A DNA stretch of 63,976 bases, counting the filler, from Ministeria vibrans ATCC 50519 (lineage: Eukaryota; Protista; Filasterea), in the NCBI GenBank assembly GCA_943704425.1. It is 10 parts of 10 records of this genome, joined end to end, with 100 filler letters (N's around TTAATTAATTAA, not from the genome) between each part and the next. Parts side by side here need not be neighbours in the genome. Positions count along the whole stretch, not along the records: positions 12,940 to 35,696 come from CALSCP010000985.1; 9 more parts are not named here. One strand, 5' to 3'. Below the pieces are notes generated by a model that saw only the letters and a list, made by a program, of their open reading frames with translations, did not search any database and was not told the origin of the DNA. Position 1 is the stretch's first letter, and each line of letters opens with the position of its first letter. Below are positions 12,840-33,348 of this stretch, in pieces. A program made the translations under genes and the position numbers.

Positions 12840-12939
12840 NNNNNNNNNNNNNNNNNNNNNNNNNNNNNNNNNNNNNNNNNNNNTTAATTAATTAANNNNN
12901 NNNNNNNNNNNNNNNNNNNNNNNNNNNNNNNNNNNNNNN
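12840..12939. other. Artificial contig linker (N-run + TTAATTAATTAA + N-run); also at about 35696-35796, 38281-38380, 40652-40751, 43368-43467, 50277-50376, 57624-57724, 60703-60802, 62824-62923
   Basis: The same six-frame-stop 12-mer flanked by N-runs occurs nine times, and genes are truncated at these points. Confidence 0.97.
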
Positions 12940-13402
12940 TTCTTCCATTCCAAGAGAATAACGGGAAATCAAACCGGTCTGACCCACTGTTGCTGCGGTC
13001 AAACAGGACAACCCCATTTGTTCCTGCCTCTGTGTAGGCATACAGCGAGTCGTTGATGCGCACAAATGTCATTCTGCGGAAAGAAAAAATTGTTTGTGAG
13101 TCGAACTCCAAAAATTTGAATGTCGGAATAATTTCATCATAAAACGACAAAGTTCACAAAGCAACAAAGTGAAGAACATATAACACTTCCGTCTCACAAA
13201 AACCATCATCAATTGATTGAGCCAATTTTGCGTTTGGCAACAAAACAATAATAATTATTTGTTTTCGTCCCAACCCCAAAATTTTGAAGGTCAACTCCAG
13301 ACGCCACAAACGGACTTTTAAGCAATGTACGTACCTGTATATGGCTTGATCTAAGTTGGATGAGACGTAGAAGAGCGGCCTGGGTCAACAGCTTTCCCTT
13401 AC

Positions 13403-13444
<42 letters not shown>

Positions 13445-13592
13445 ATACATTTTTTTTTTCGCCATTCTTGTAAGCGTGAGAGCTGCAATGCACATGAGCA
13501 CAGAACTGAGAACGCATACAACGTACTTACTTGCGGGTCAATGTCTCAAAAACAAAAAAAAATCTGAACTTAAGAGATTAGATAGACTATTG

Positions 13593-13674
<82 letters not shown>

Positions 13675-13739
13675 CTTCTTCTTCTTCTTCTTTGTCTCTT
13701 AGTATAAAGTGTCACTAATAGTTTTTTAATTATCTTGTA

Positions 13740-17177
<3,438 letters not shown>

Positions 17178-17391
17178 GTGCATAGTGAAAAGGGAGAATA
17201 AAAATGAATGAAAATTTGGTTATTGGGACCGTTTGGAGTTTAGAATATCACTTTGAATTCACTTTGAACTTACAAAGATTATTGGTGATCAAATTGTCAA
17301 CTATCAGTATTGAGTATTGTCAGAGGTGTCAGGTGAGCGTCTCGATAGCTCTCGGCCAATATTTAAAGACTCATTGATGCAGCAACTTCAT

Positions 17392-20300
17392 TTACTTCAC
17401 TTCAAATGTAGTCTCCTCCAAGCGAATACCATGCGACTCCAGCTCAGCAAGCGTGGGCTCATACTCAGCCGGCGTCAACGGAGCCAGCACACCACGACGA
17501 TCGATCTACGATAAGAAAAGCGAGAGGTCAGAAAAAAGTAACACAACTCATGTTAAGAAGTACTCTACCTTTCCGTTGAGAATGAGACGGGTCATGATGG
17601 CGGCAGGAAGAGCCACAGTGCGGGCCATGGCTGTGTCGCCACTGGGCACACCGTACTCAACCATGGTCGCCAGTGTGCGCTCAGTGTGTGTCGCATACTT
17701 GACGTCCATCGAGTGATGCATCACCACTGAAACATACAATTCATGGTAAGTGTGTGTCACTTTATGTCGTCTTCCTTTTCGTACCCATGTCGCGCTCGTG
17801 TGGTGCCAGTGACATCTTATCAGTCATCACACGACTATGCAAAAAGAAAAAAATTCAGAAGGCATGTCTCTCTCACACACACACACACACACGCTCTTTT
17901 CACGCTGGGCATACCAAAGAAGATTGATTGGAGCGTGTTCAGAGTCGGAAATGGGCTGCGACTCGTCAAACAGACCCAACCACTCACAGGCACTGCTCAC
18001 CGCACTCACATCCGCATCACAACTACAGAAGACAAACGTTTTTCAGTTCCGTTTTGACGTTTAGGAAGGAACGAGTTTGCTGAACACTGACATTCCGTTG
18101 CTGGTGAGACGCGAATGAACTGTGGAGCGCAGAGAGTCTGCGTCAAGCGAGACTGAGTCGCCGTCAGTCAGCGCCGCACTCATCAATTCACGCATGTTCT
18201 TCGGTGCAGTGTACTCGTTGCTCGAGAGAAGATTGAGCAGACGCAGGCCATTCATAACACGAGAAAATCCACGGAAGCGCAGTGTCCCGCGAAGCACAGT
18301 CTGACTGTCCGGAAGACCGTACAGTTCACGGTACATCAGTGAGTCACGATTGGGCAAACTATACAAATAAGAAGACAGACAGACAGAGAGACAGACAAAC
18401 AAACAGAGAGAGACAAAGTGTGCAAGCGTGCGTGTCAGAAAGATAAAACAAGAGAAACTGTTCGCGATACCGTTCAAGTTCCATTCCAGCAATTTCTTCA
18501 GGCACAGCCGACTCAAAGAGCTTCTCACCTAATAATCAAACAATGAGCAACCGAGAAAAATGTGTGAGTGTGGAGTGGAAGAGGAAGAGAAATAAGTTAT
18601 GCATACCAGACACACTCTTGACTACCGAGTCCTCCAGATAGGTTGCGTTGTTGCCGCCTGCGCGCAGCACTCCCATGGGCGACCACGAGAACTTGTACCG
18701 CAGGGGATTCTCATTGCTGCTCTCAGGCGCAGGCAGTCCTAAAAAGGGAGGGTGTCAGAGACTCAGATACAGATATAGACACAGATAAATTAGTTGTTGT
18801 GTATGTGTACCTCCACAGTACGAGCGGAAGGAGGTGATCTTGCCGCCCTTGGCAGTGGCTTCATGGATCATCTTCATGGCAGACAAATGGTCCAGTCCCG
18901 GATCAAGACCCTATAAGGAACAACAGCGTATAAGATGGGAGATGATTCTGTATAATCATTGTGGCGAAGAGCGTACAATTTCGTTCATGATCGTGACGCC
19001 AGCTGAGACTGCATCAGAATGCAATGCTTTCCTACAAACCGAAACAAGCAAAGAGTTTGAGAAGAGAGTGGCAATACAAACACGAAAGGAGCAAGAACGT
19101 ATTACATCTCATCGCTAATGTACGACGCAGTAACCATATTGGTCTTGAGGTCAATGCACTCGCGCGCCACAACCGGATGCAATGGTGCCTGAAAGACGCA
19201 CAGAGACACAACAGGAAGATAAGAGTGTTAGATCGGCACTCTGATTGTGAAGTTGACTATACCGGCACAAAGCTAACGACGATGTCATGTTCCTGAATGA
19301 GTTTCCTCAGACGATCCTTCTCAGAGCCTAAAGGTACACACAATTCCAAAAAGAAAAAAAAAAAAGAAGGTGAATCCAACATCCCCTCTAAACAAAAGCC
19401 TCTCAACAAAGTACAGCATACCAACATTGAGTGTGAGTGGAGTGGCCAAAGGACGGCCCTCGCAGAGACTCGCACAGGCAGGCGAGTCAGGCGACGCGAC
19501 GGTCACACTGTGATTGGCATTGCACAGATACTCCACGAGAGGCCTGGCGACCATTCCACTCCCCAACTGACACACAAAAACAAATTAAAGAAAACTTATT
19601 AGCACTAAAGTGTCAAAGAAGACGCGCGCTTCTTACCAAAAGAACTTTTGGTACAGCTGCAGGAGTGTGTTGCTTTCTAAGCTCTGCAATGTACTCAAAG
19701 TCGGGTGTGAGTCGACCCTGGTCGGCAATGACGGCCGTGCGCAGTGGTCCTGTCAGCTGTGCCGTCTCTGTGTTGCGCGCCAGTTGGCTCAGATAAGACG
19801 TCAGTTTCAATCCAAAGTACTCGCTCGCTAAAACAATAAGAATAAGAAAATAAATAGAGAATCGAGAGTAAGAATAATGATAATAAAAATAATAACAATA
19901 ATAATAATAAGTATAACAATCAATAACAATTTACCTTCACGAGGAAACTCTGCTGGAAGATTGTCCACAGAAGACACATACACAACATTCCCTCCCCTAA
20001 AAACAAAAAAAAACAACAACAACACAAGAAAGATTCACATCCAGAGCAAAATTATCTTCATCTTTTTTCTTCTCATACTCGTCCGATTGAGTTTCTTCCA
20101 TTTTCTGAGCGTCCCACAGCAAAAAGGGATCTTCAATCTTGGTGCAACGGGTGACAAGTTCAATTGAGCCGTTGGGGTCAGCACTGACATCGCTCAGTGA
20201 GATCAGAGGAGAGCGCGTAGTGTCTTTGAGCTGTTGTTTGGTGAGGAGACGCGGGAAGCGGGCGTCCCAGTAGATTCCATTGAGAATCAAAGAAGCATAG

Positions 20301-21943
20301 GGGGCAATCTGAGAGGAGAAGGAGAGTGCAAGAGGAATGAGAGAGTGTGGTTTAGAGAGAGCTACCTTTGCCATTTGGCGTAGGGTTTGGGCTATATTGT
20401 GTCATATTTTGTCATTTATTTGTTACCTTTGAGTGAAATTCCGAAGTGTAAAGCGATCCATTTGCAATGTAATGGTCAAAGTCAAAGGGAGCGCCAGGCG
20501 AGTCAGTGCGCACCACAAAATCACTCGCCTCAACCACACACGCAAAAACCTTATTCCGCTCTAAACAGAATCACACATATTGACACACTTCTTCTCTTCT
20601 CCGCTTTTTGTTGCTTTTTTAATGCAGTACCATTGGAACGAAAGGCCTTTTTGAGCTGCGACACAGGAATAAACTCGTGTGGGAGTTGACGGAACATCTC
20701 CTGAGCACCTTTGCTGACATTGCCATTGCCCGTAAACACGCACACAACGGGCGGAAAGGCCGGAGGCAGCCCATGCTCCCTATCGCACAAATCAATATCA
20801 ATATCAGTCTCTCGGGGTCTCTCGTTCGTGTATGACTGACTGGATTGCCTGGCCCACTCGGAAAATGGCCTCTTTGGCCTCCTTTGTGCTGGGGTAGGAA
20901 CGCGCAAAGCTCAGATTGACAAAGGGAGTGTTGTAGCCACGCGCCAGCATGCCCATGCCCAGCCCCACAAGTCCATTCATCATCCCTGCTTTCCCTGCAA
21001 AATCGCCAAATGCGATCACGCGTGCGCCATTTTCATCCAACTGCAATCGAAAAGAGAGTGGGTTCGGTCAGAGAAAGAAAACGGGAGATTGGATGAGAAC
21101 CATCTTTTCGTAGTCCAGGAGACGAATGTTCTTCTGAAGCACTGCATCAAGTGCGTCCATGTTGTAGGGCTGTGCCTTGATTGTGTGCTATAAAAAAAAA
21201 CATACACACCAATCAGTTTCAAACTCACACACACACACAGAAATGACTCGTTTGGTACCGAAAAGTACATGTACGTGCGATCAGCAATCATTTGACTGAT
21301 TGGAACTTCTTTGACACCAATGATCACAGAGGCACTCGAAAGATCCTCGGAAATAATGGCGCCAGCCTGCAACAACGAATGAGTTACGAAAGTAGAATAA
21401 AAAAAACAAAAAAGACGTATAATTATCGCACTGTGCAATAATTAATTAGTGAAGAAACAGTGAAGAATCGCACTGTGTGATTTGATTAACTGACCTTGCG
21501 GTACTCGGCGTCGTTGAAGGCGCGCAGGTTTGATGGCTGAACGAGCACAGTGGTGCCTTCGGCGGTCAGCGTGGCGACGTTGCTGGGCGAGATGGCTGAA
21601 AGAAGAAGCAAGTTTATGGGAAAGAGAAAAAAAAAAAAAAAGAACTTGTCGTCTGTCACACGACAGCTAGAGCCGCAACGGCAGCACCAGCACATGCAAG
21701 CGATGCAGCCTTACCAGCGCGTCGTTCCCAGCGGCCTTTCTCCTCGCTACAAGCAACACAAAGGGCGTCAGAGCGACGCGGAGGGTTCTTGCACGTTTCA
21801 CGCAAACTCGCCGGTGCGTACCGTCTCAAGCCAATCACGCCATTGCCGCTGACAGGCTCGCCCGACAGTCGTCGCTGGCTTTGACTAGCCCCCAGGAGTC
21901 CTCGGCCGACCAACAAAGAACGGCGAGTCGACAGGGCGAGCAT
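17392..21943 (-). CDS. AASS: Alpha-aminoadipic semialdehyde synthase (bifunctional LKR/SDH) with mitochondrial presequence, many short introns
   Basis: [134 protein letters not shown]. Confidence 0.95.
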
Positions 21944-22126
21944 TAAGAAAACTTTGACTTAATCAACGAGATCGTTTAATAATTAATCGTTTTTCTGCTT
22001 TCACAAATATTTTCTTTCTTCCTTCCCCTCTTTGCTGGTTAGGGGTACTGTTGAGGGGTTTTTGTTTTATAGTTCCTGTTTCGTTGTGTGTGTGTGCGAG
22101 CCGTTGCACTTGAGAGAATCTGCGCA

Positions 22127-23964
22127 ATGTCCAACGCAACGGATGTTGATCGTCCCGTCATTCACATCGCCGGTTGCGACATCCCCGTCGACCTGCTGGC
22201 CGCGTACACCATGATGATGGTTGCCGCCATTGGAAGCATCTATGTGGGCTCCAAAAGCAGCCTGGTCTCCCTCCTGGACTCGGAAACGGAGGTAAAACGT
22301 TTCTCTTGCGACCGCTCTCCCCCTTTTCCGCCTTTTTTCTCGCTCTCGACTGCGAGTGTTTGCCTTCTCTCTCGTTCTATACGATGTTTTATGGTCGTGT
22401 GTGCATTGTGGCACGCGCGCAAGTCGCTGAATGAGACAACAAGTGTATTGACACGTTTCTGCATTCTGTGACACACTCAGGTTGAGTCTATGACTAGCAA
22501 AGATGCCATGATGTTCCCGGTGTACGGCAGCGGAGCACTCTTCTCGCTGTACATGCTCGTGAAGATGTTTGGCAAGGAGTACATGAATATGCTTCTGACG
22601 GTGTACTTCTCGGTGGCGGGCATTGTTGCTGTGCAGCTGGGCACGCGCGGACTGCTTGTGCTCGTGCTGCCGCAGTCTGTGCTCGATCGCATTACCAAGC
22701 GACGCTTTACAGGCGCAATTACAACGCAAGAGGGCAAGGATGGGGCGTCAAGCACGATTTTTGAGCTGACAGTCGACACCCTTGACTTTGTGTGTCTTGC
22801 CATTGCCATTGTCTTCTGCGCTGCCTACGCCTACACCAAGCACTGGGTCGCCAACAACGTGCTGGGCGTGCTCTTCTCGGTTGCTGCCATTGAGCAACTT
22901 CACGTCGGGTCGCTATTCAATGCCTCTGTGCTCCTTTGCGGTCTCTTCCTCTACGACATTTTCTGGGTGTTTGGCACGGAAGTGATGGTCACAGGTAAAA
23001 AATAATAAAAAGCCCTTTTGTTGTTCCTTTTTTTTTCTGCGAATGATACCACTGCCTTGTGCTGCTTTTTTTTAGTGGCAAAGTCGTTTGATGCGCCCAT
23101 TAAGTTGCTGTTCCCAAAGGTACGACAAGGGAGACAGTGTACGAACAAGGTATTGAGCTTTTTGAACGTAGGACATTCTTGTGAACGGATGGAACGCAAC
23201 GCAATTCTCAATGTTGGGACTGGGCGACATTGTGATTCCGGGTCTGCTAGTGGCTCTGATGTTGCGCTATGACTATGCGCGGGGGCTCAAGAACAGCCGA
23301 TTGGTCGGAAAGAAGACCTACTTTTGGGTCTGTATGGTTGGAGTAAGAACTGCACCGACAGACGTGTGTGTGTGTGTGTGTCAATTGATTGAATTTGTCT
23401 GTATAGTACTTTGTGGGTCTGCTGACGACACTTCTGGTGATGCATGCGTTTGGTGCTGCACAGGTAACACGCGTTGTGAATTGAATGGGACAAGCGACAC
23501 AGTGCCCTTACTGTTTGTGGGGTTGTTTGTTTTTCATCTCACTATCACTGTGTTCTTTCTTTTTTTCTCAAAACGCTTTGTTTTCTTTGTTATTTTTCTT
23601 TCCTCCCCCCTTTCTCCCTTTCTTTTTTCTTTTCTTTCTTCTTACTCTCTCTCTCTCTTACTTTCTCTTATCCGTTTTAGCCTGCTCTGCTCTACCTTGT
23701 TCCGACCTGCTTGGGCTCTGTTCTTATTGTCGGTCTCCTGTCAGGCAATCTCAAGGACATGTTTGCGTATCGCGATGATCCAGCCGTAAGTCTCACGCCA
23801 ATCAGACAATCAGTACGCTTTTCAACCACTCATTCATGCCACACACGTAGAGTGAAAATGACAAGAAGAGCGAGCCTGCCTCTCCATCTGCCGTTGCGTC
23901 GTCCTCTGCGGCCATTCCTTCTGCGTCTGACTCAGTCCGTCGTCGTACCAGAAAGGACGATTGA
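22127..23964 (+). CDS. HM13: Signal peptide peptidase (GxGD intramembrane aspartyl protease), multi-exon
   Basis: LFLYDIFWVFGTEVMVT (YD motif), FSMLGLGDIVIPG (GxGD) and AQ|PALLYLVP (PAL motif). Confidence 0.92.
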
Positions 23965-24228
23965 TCCCACACGCTCACTCACTTCTTATGCAAATCACTT
24001 ATATTTCACGCATACACTTAATTCCTCAAACTATCACGCTTAAAAAATCTTTTGTTTCATTCTTCTCGATTGACACTCAATGACTGATAACTTCATTCGA
24101 AAGCATTCCACTAAAAAAAACACACACACGCGCGTTTAGTCGTTCCACCTTTCGCAATTCTTTTCTTGCGTCGTCTTGGTTTTTGTTTTTGTTTTGTTTT
24201 TGTTGTTTAGTTTTTGTTTTTCTTTAGC

Positions 24229-25053
24229 TTACTTCGATAATTGCATTTTGGACATTTCGATTTCGTCTTCATTATGGTTCCCTCTGAGAGCAGCGTTACT
24301 TCCAAACTACGACGCGCACAACAATTAGAATTTTCTTTCTGTTTCTTTCTCCTCCTTTCTCTCTATCAATTCTCTCTCCTTCCATTCTCTCTATCACTTT
24401 GTCTCTCTCTATCACTTTGTTTCTTTCCTTTCTTTCTTTCTCTCTCTCTCTATCACTTTGTCTCTCTCTATCACTTTGTTTCTTTCCTTTCTTTCTTTCT
24501 TTCTCTCTCTCTCTATCACTTTGTTTCTTTCCTTTCTTTCTTTCTTTCTCTATCACTTTGTTTCTCTCTCACACTTAATTTCTCTCTCTCTCACTCTCTC
24601 CCTCTCTCTCTGTTTCAGCTGCGTTTTGATATTTACTTGTGCTGATGGCTTAGTATTGTGAGGAACTGGCGCGAGTGATTCATCGGGCGTCTCCCAGTTC
24701 TCCTCATCCTCGAACATCCGCTTGGGGTTCTCAAATAAGCGCACCAGCAAGAAACCCGTCAACAGACCCCCTCCAATGGCAATGCCCAGTGTGGTCCCCA
24801 GCGATGCCAGCTGAAACAGCGCCTGCACCGACGCACTACGCCCCGGTCGCTTCGAGAACACCTGTGCAATTCCACTCCTATAGCATTCATTCAAATGTCA
24901 ATGTGTGCTGGCTTGAGTGTATCTGTGTCACAACGACGCCTCTCTCTACTTGTCTCTTCCTTACGTTCCGTATTGGGCCTCTGTGGCAATTGCAGCGGCA
25001 ACAATACTCACAAGCGCACCAAACACTCCCTGACAAACCGAATGAGTCACGTA

Positions 25054-25132
<79 letters not shown>

Positions 25133-26526
25133 CCTCTCAAAATTTGATTTTACCGGCATTCCATGCAGATTGTGCACTCCACAAGTGTCATGCAGCGCAA
25201 TCTTCTCGGTCAACTTGGGCATAATGTAAACTACACCACAATCACAAGCATCAATCGTATCAATCATCGAATCATCAAATCATACCATAGCCAAAGACAG
25301 AGAGGAAACCGGCGAGTGAGCCGATAAGAATAGCCCCAAAGGGCTGCACAAGCATGTTTGCCGCTGCTCCAATAGCCACTCCACCCGCAAGTGTCGCATT
25401 CTGCACGTCGACCATGTTGAACTTGCTCTCGGAACGCAGGACTGCACAACAACAACAACAGCAACAACAACAAGAAAAACAAACGTAAAAATTATTATTA
25501 TTATTATTATTGTAATACGCGCAGAGACTAATCAGATACTCTTTTTCTTTTCTTACACGTTGAGAAGAGGAAAGAACTGACACAACTGCCACAGAGCGAG
25601 AGCACAGTGTTGATGACTGTACGGTGCTGAACACTTCCCACCGCCAGAGCCGCATTGAATGACGGCCAGAACATCCACAGGAACAGCGTACCAATCATGG
25701 CAAACAGATCAGTTGTGTGACGCGACTCGTTCAGGTGAGATGCTTTTTTGAGTGCCTCGCGATGACCCGCGTGTCGATGCAACATCCACGAGACAGACAG
25801 TCCAAAGTACGCCCCTAAAAAAACAGGTGAAATTGTTATGCGCAAGGTTTACACAATGGTGAAGGTGTACCGAATGCGTGGATAATCATGGAACCGCCAA
25901 TGTCCGCCACCCCAAAGACATCGGCGACGAGAAACTCGTTGCAAGTGTACACAATCATTTCAAAGAGACCCATCCACATCAGCTGGATAGGTTGGACTCG
26001 ACCCAGACATGCTCCCCAGCTACACAATAGAAATGGTGAGTAAACCCAAAAACCACAGTAACACACTAGGCACACTAGGCACACTAGGCACACTAGGCAC
26101 ACTAGGCACGCCCACTAAGCACATTAAGCACACACACTAAGCACATTAAGCACACACACACTGAGCACACACACTAAGCACTAAGCACACACTAAGCACA
26201 AGCACAAAGCACACAATCAAACCTGATAAGAACGGCGGCTACAGCGTAGTTGGACGTGATCAGTTCGGTGATGGAGATGCTGATATACGTCGAGAAAGGG
26301 GTTGACGAGAAGACGCGGTGGAAGAAGCCGCCGGTGAGGACGTGCCACTGGAACATGAGAGCTGTCCATTCGAGAAAAAAAAATGATAAGAGTCATTCTC
26401 TCTCTTCACTCTATATCACTTCACTCTCTCTATACCAGAAATGAAAAAATTGAAGCCGGCACTGGACCAGCAGTACTTTTTAAGAAAGGTCATGAGGAAT
26501 CCAAACCCAATGAACATCTGCATCGC

Positions 26527-26562
<36 letters not shown>

Positions 26563-27128
26563 GAGGGAGAGAGAGAGAGAGAGAGAGAGAGGGTGGGATA
26601 AGACACAATATATTTATAGACGAGAAAAAATGGCTTCCTTCGACTATGGCTGCCCTTACCATCACATTGACATCCTGAAACATGTTGTACTTGTCACTCA
26701 GGTCCGTGCTGATGGTGCTCTCGCCCGCAGGGTCAGCCTCATAGCTACGAAAACACAAAAGTGCGTTTTGAATGCCACAAAACGTCACAGTGTGACCGAA
26801 TCAAGAGGCCACAAGGCGCACACACACGGCCCGCACATTAACAATGGAGGCAACGAGGCAGTCTGCGCAGCGAAAGACGGCGCAGAGGCGCAGGATCTAC
26901 CGGACACACATTGTGGGCTGCAGATCGCAAAGGGTGCGATTGCAACGCACACGCAGATCAACAACCACACGGGATTCGCTGCACGGGGCGTGCTGTGTGT
27001 GTGTGGGGGGGGGGCAGCAAGCAGAAGACGGCATCGTACCGAGTGAAGACGGCGAAGAACAAGATGAAGACTGCTTCGACAAGAATGGCATTCATGAAGA
27101 ACACCTTTGCCGCACGAGATCGGGCCAT
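24229..27128 (-). CDS. Rhesus-type (Rh50-like) ammonium/CO2 channel, multi-exon
   Basis: YNMFQDVNVM, MFIGFGFLMTFLKKY, DIGGSMIIHAFG, AYFGL, DLFAMIGTLFLWMFWPSFN, QNATLAGGVAIG, HDTCGVHNLHGMP. Confidence 0.93.
26061..26200. repeat. Intronic 9-bp tandem repeat (cacactagg)n decaying into cacactaag variants
   Basis: Directly visible in an intron of the Rh gene. Confidence 0.8.
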
Positions 27129-27649
27129 GATGAACGGTGTAGCAAGACTATCAAATTGAGAAGAGAGGGAATTTTGCAAATTGAATTGAAAAATTAATTA
27201 GAAAGAAAATATTCATAAACTGAAAATTGAATGTGACTGCTCGACTCGACTCGACTGCCTCGACTGCGGTGACTCTGGCGCTCTACAGTTTGATCATCAG
27301 CCTGACGGAGTCATTGAGGATATCAGATATGCCTGATATAACGATTATATTTCAAACTTGGTATGAATATGAGGAAAGTAAGAACGCCAAGTCAAAACAA
27401 GAGATGAAGACAGAAGATAACTCCAAGAGATACTTTAAAGGACCAAAGTCCAAAGTTCAAAAGACAAAAACATCGAAAAGAAAGGAAGAAAACACTTTGG
27501 TTTGGACTGAGTTGAGTCAACTCTGTGCGGTTGGCCAACTCCAGTACTCAAATTGAATCAAAAATCAAAACAGAGTTCTCCACTCTTTTAACTTTTTTTT
27601 TGCCTGCGGGACTCTGAACTACGTCTAACACCCAGCAAGAACGCGTGCC

Positions 27650-31140
<3,491 letters not shown>

Positions 31141-31174
31141 CTGAACTCTGAAGTAAACCAGTAAAACCACTAAT

Positions 31175-31705
31175 CTATTCTCTTACAACTTCACACGACA
31201 GATGAAGCACTTTAGACCAGGCGCCAGCGCTCAGAGGGCAGCCAGTGAGAGTGATGCAGCGTAGGTTGGGCAACGCCTTGAGCCCATCCATTTCGTAGTC
31301 GGCAATGTCAACAATCTCGTTATGTGACAGATCAAGCGTCTCGATCAGCGTACAGGCAAACACTTCCGCAGGTATAGCCACTAGCTGGTTGTGGGCGGCG
31401 TTCAGGTGGCGCAGTGAGCCGGCCGTCTTCTCCAGGACGCTTGGCAGATGCGCAAAGTGATTGTGCGCCACAGAGAGCGTTTCGACCGCCGAAAACTTGC
31501 CGAGTCCCGCCGGGAGGCTTTTCAGAAGGTTGTTGGACAGATCCAGTGTGAGCAGGTCGGGCTGAACAGACTTGGTCAGCATGAAGACCGCCTGAGGAAT
31601 CGCGGTGAGTCGGCAATCACTCAAATCGAGTGTTCTCATGGCGACATTCTCGCCCGCCGCCTCTTGACATCGCAGCACCACCCTTGCAGCGTCCTGGGCC
31701 GCCAT
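31175..31705 (-). CDS. LRRC20: Leucine-rich-repeat protein, LRRC20-like (intronless)
   Basis: AARVVLRCQEA...TLDLSDCRLTAIPQAVF N-terminus typical of LRRC20, followed by LxxLDLSxNxL repeats. Confidence 0.7.
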   Translation of the reverse strand: MAAQDAARVVLRCQEAAGENVAMRTLDLSDCRLTAIPQAVFMLTKSVQPDLLTLDLSNNLLKSLPAGLGKFSAVETLSVAHNHFAHLPSVLEKTAGSLRHLNAAHNQLVAIPAEVFACTLIETLDLSHNEIVDIADYEMDGLKALPNLRCITLTGCPLSAGAWSKVLHLSCEVVRE

Positions 31706-31920
31706 CCAAGATGAAGTAGCAAGGCGTCACAGACGAATTAAAGAAGTGATTAATCATTAACAAGTGAGTCTGGACAGACAGTCTCCTACAGTCGACTCAC
31801 TCTACAGTCACTGACTCAACTCTCAGCTCTCTCATAACTTTTACATTTATTGGTGCGCAATCGTTGTTTGTGCCCCCTTCATATACATACAGACACCCAC
31901 TCAAGCACTGCTCCGTCACC

Positions 31921-33063
31921 ATGGGATACATTTTCGACCCTGAGGTAAGGATGGCTTCAGCTCGTCCCAGACACTCTCGCATGCTCGCTGTGGGAAGGCG
32001 TGTGGGCCACGTCCGAGTCCACTCTAGTGTAGTACTCTTGGAGTGTTCCTCACAGCCGCAACACGGCGTCGTCAAGGGCACGCCAACACGGCAAAGGGAC
32101 GACATGTTTTCCTATTCGCTGTCGCCCGTCCACGCGATCTCTTTTTCCCGCACTCCAAAACGACCTTCTCGCCATGCCTGACCCTCGCGCGGTGTAGGTT
32201 TTGCAACAGGTTGCAAAGGATGCCATTGGACAGAAGAAGCCGCGAAAGGAGATGTTTCAAATCATCGCAAATCAGCTCGCGAAAAAGTACCCAGGACACA
32301 TTGGCACAGAACCCGATGTAAGCACGTCCCTCTGCCCCCCACCCGCCGCGTGTGTGCGTGTTCTAACGTATCCTGACTTCCTTGTCGTTTGTAGTGGCTC
32401 TTTAACAACGCAGGAGGAGCAATGGGCACTATGTGGGTGAGTTTGACTCATCCCACTCTGATAACACTTTGCTTCTTTCTCTCGCTCACTGTCTCACTCA
32501 CACACACACACTCTCTCTCTCTCTCCATGTCTCGACTTGTCTTTGGTTTAGATTCTCCATGCATCCATCACCGAGTACGTCATCATTTTCGGCTCCGTCA
32601 CCGGCACCGAGGGTCACTCGTAAGGGGAGATGTTTGGTTGTGTGTCTGACTCGCACTCGCTCAACCCTCCCTGTTTCTTCTGCATTCTCTAGCGGCCGCT
32701 TTTTTGCAACAGACTACTTTGTCATTCTTGACGGAGAACAGTGGTGCGCCAAGGCAACGGACCTTGAGAAGCAGGTGAGTCAAGTCCCACAAAGCACACT
32801 CTGTGGAATACGCTTATTTCTCATATTCTCACTAGGTATACAAGCCGGGCGACATGAACATCATGCCGGCAGGTACGGCCACACAGTACCGCATGCCCGA
32901 CACGTGCTTTGCGCTGGAGTACGCGCGTGGCTTTATTCCCGCCATGCTTCCCTTTGGCGTTGCCGACACCCTCTTCAGCACCCTCGACTTCCACACCCTC
33001 GTCAAGACCTTTTACATCTACGGAAAGTGCACAGTCAAGGAGCTCCTGCAACTGAAGATTTAA
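31921..33063 (+). CDS. ERG2: C-8 sterol isomerase / sigma-1 receptor family protein (6 exons)
   Basis: YIFDPE, WLFNNAGGAMGTM, ILHASITEYVIIFG, GTEGHSGR, ALEYARGFIPAMLPFG, FSTLD. Confidence 0.9.
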
Positions 33064-33348
33064 CTCATAATACATGAAAACTCTTTATTCATTCTTAAAC
33101 ATAATACTTATTACATCAGTCGAACAAGACAGTATGCACTCTTCGTGTACTGACGATTCGCTTCTTGTAATCCTTGCTCCATTCGTATTTAATACAGTTG
33201 TGACTCGTCACTTGTGAGTGATGTGTGGCGTTTTCTTGTCCAGAAAGGTAACGGAACAGTGAAGGAACAACAACAATGACAAGAACTGATCATTATTTAA
33301 TCGATCATTCATCTTCTTCAGTCTTCACCTGTAGTTTTGTTTCTTGAT

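Noticed and set aside
12840-12939. Recurrent TTAATTAATTAA palindrome as a biological repeat or CRISPR-like element
   Set aside because: It is always embedded in N-runs of fixed length and is an artificial contig-joining linker.
12940-13520. Short minus-strand exon-like segments downstream of nicastrin
   Set aside because: No recognisable product, and the reading frame and start could not be supported.
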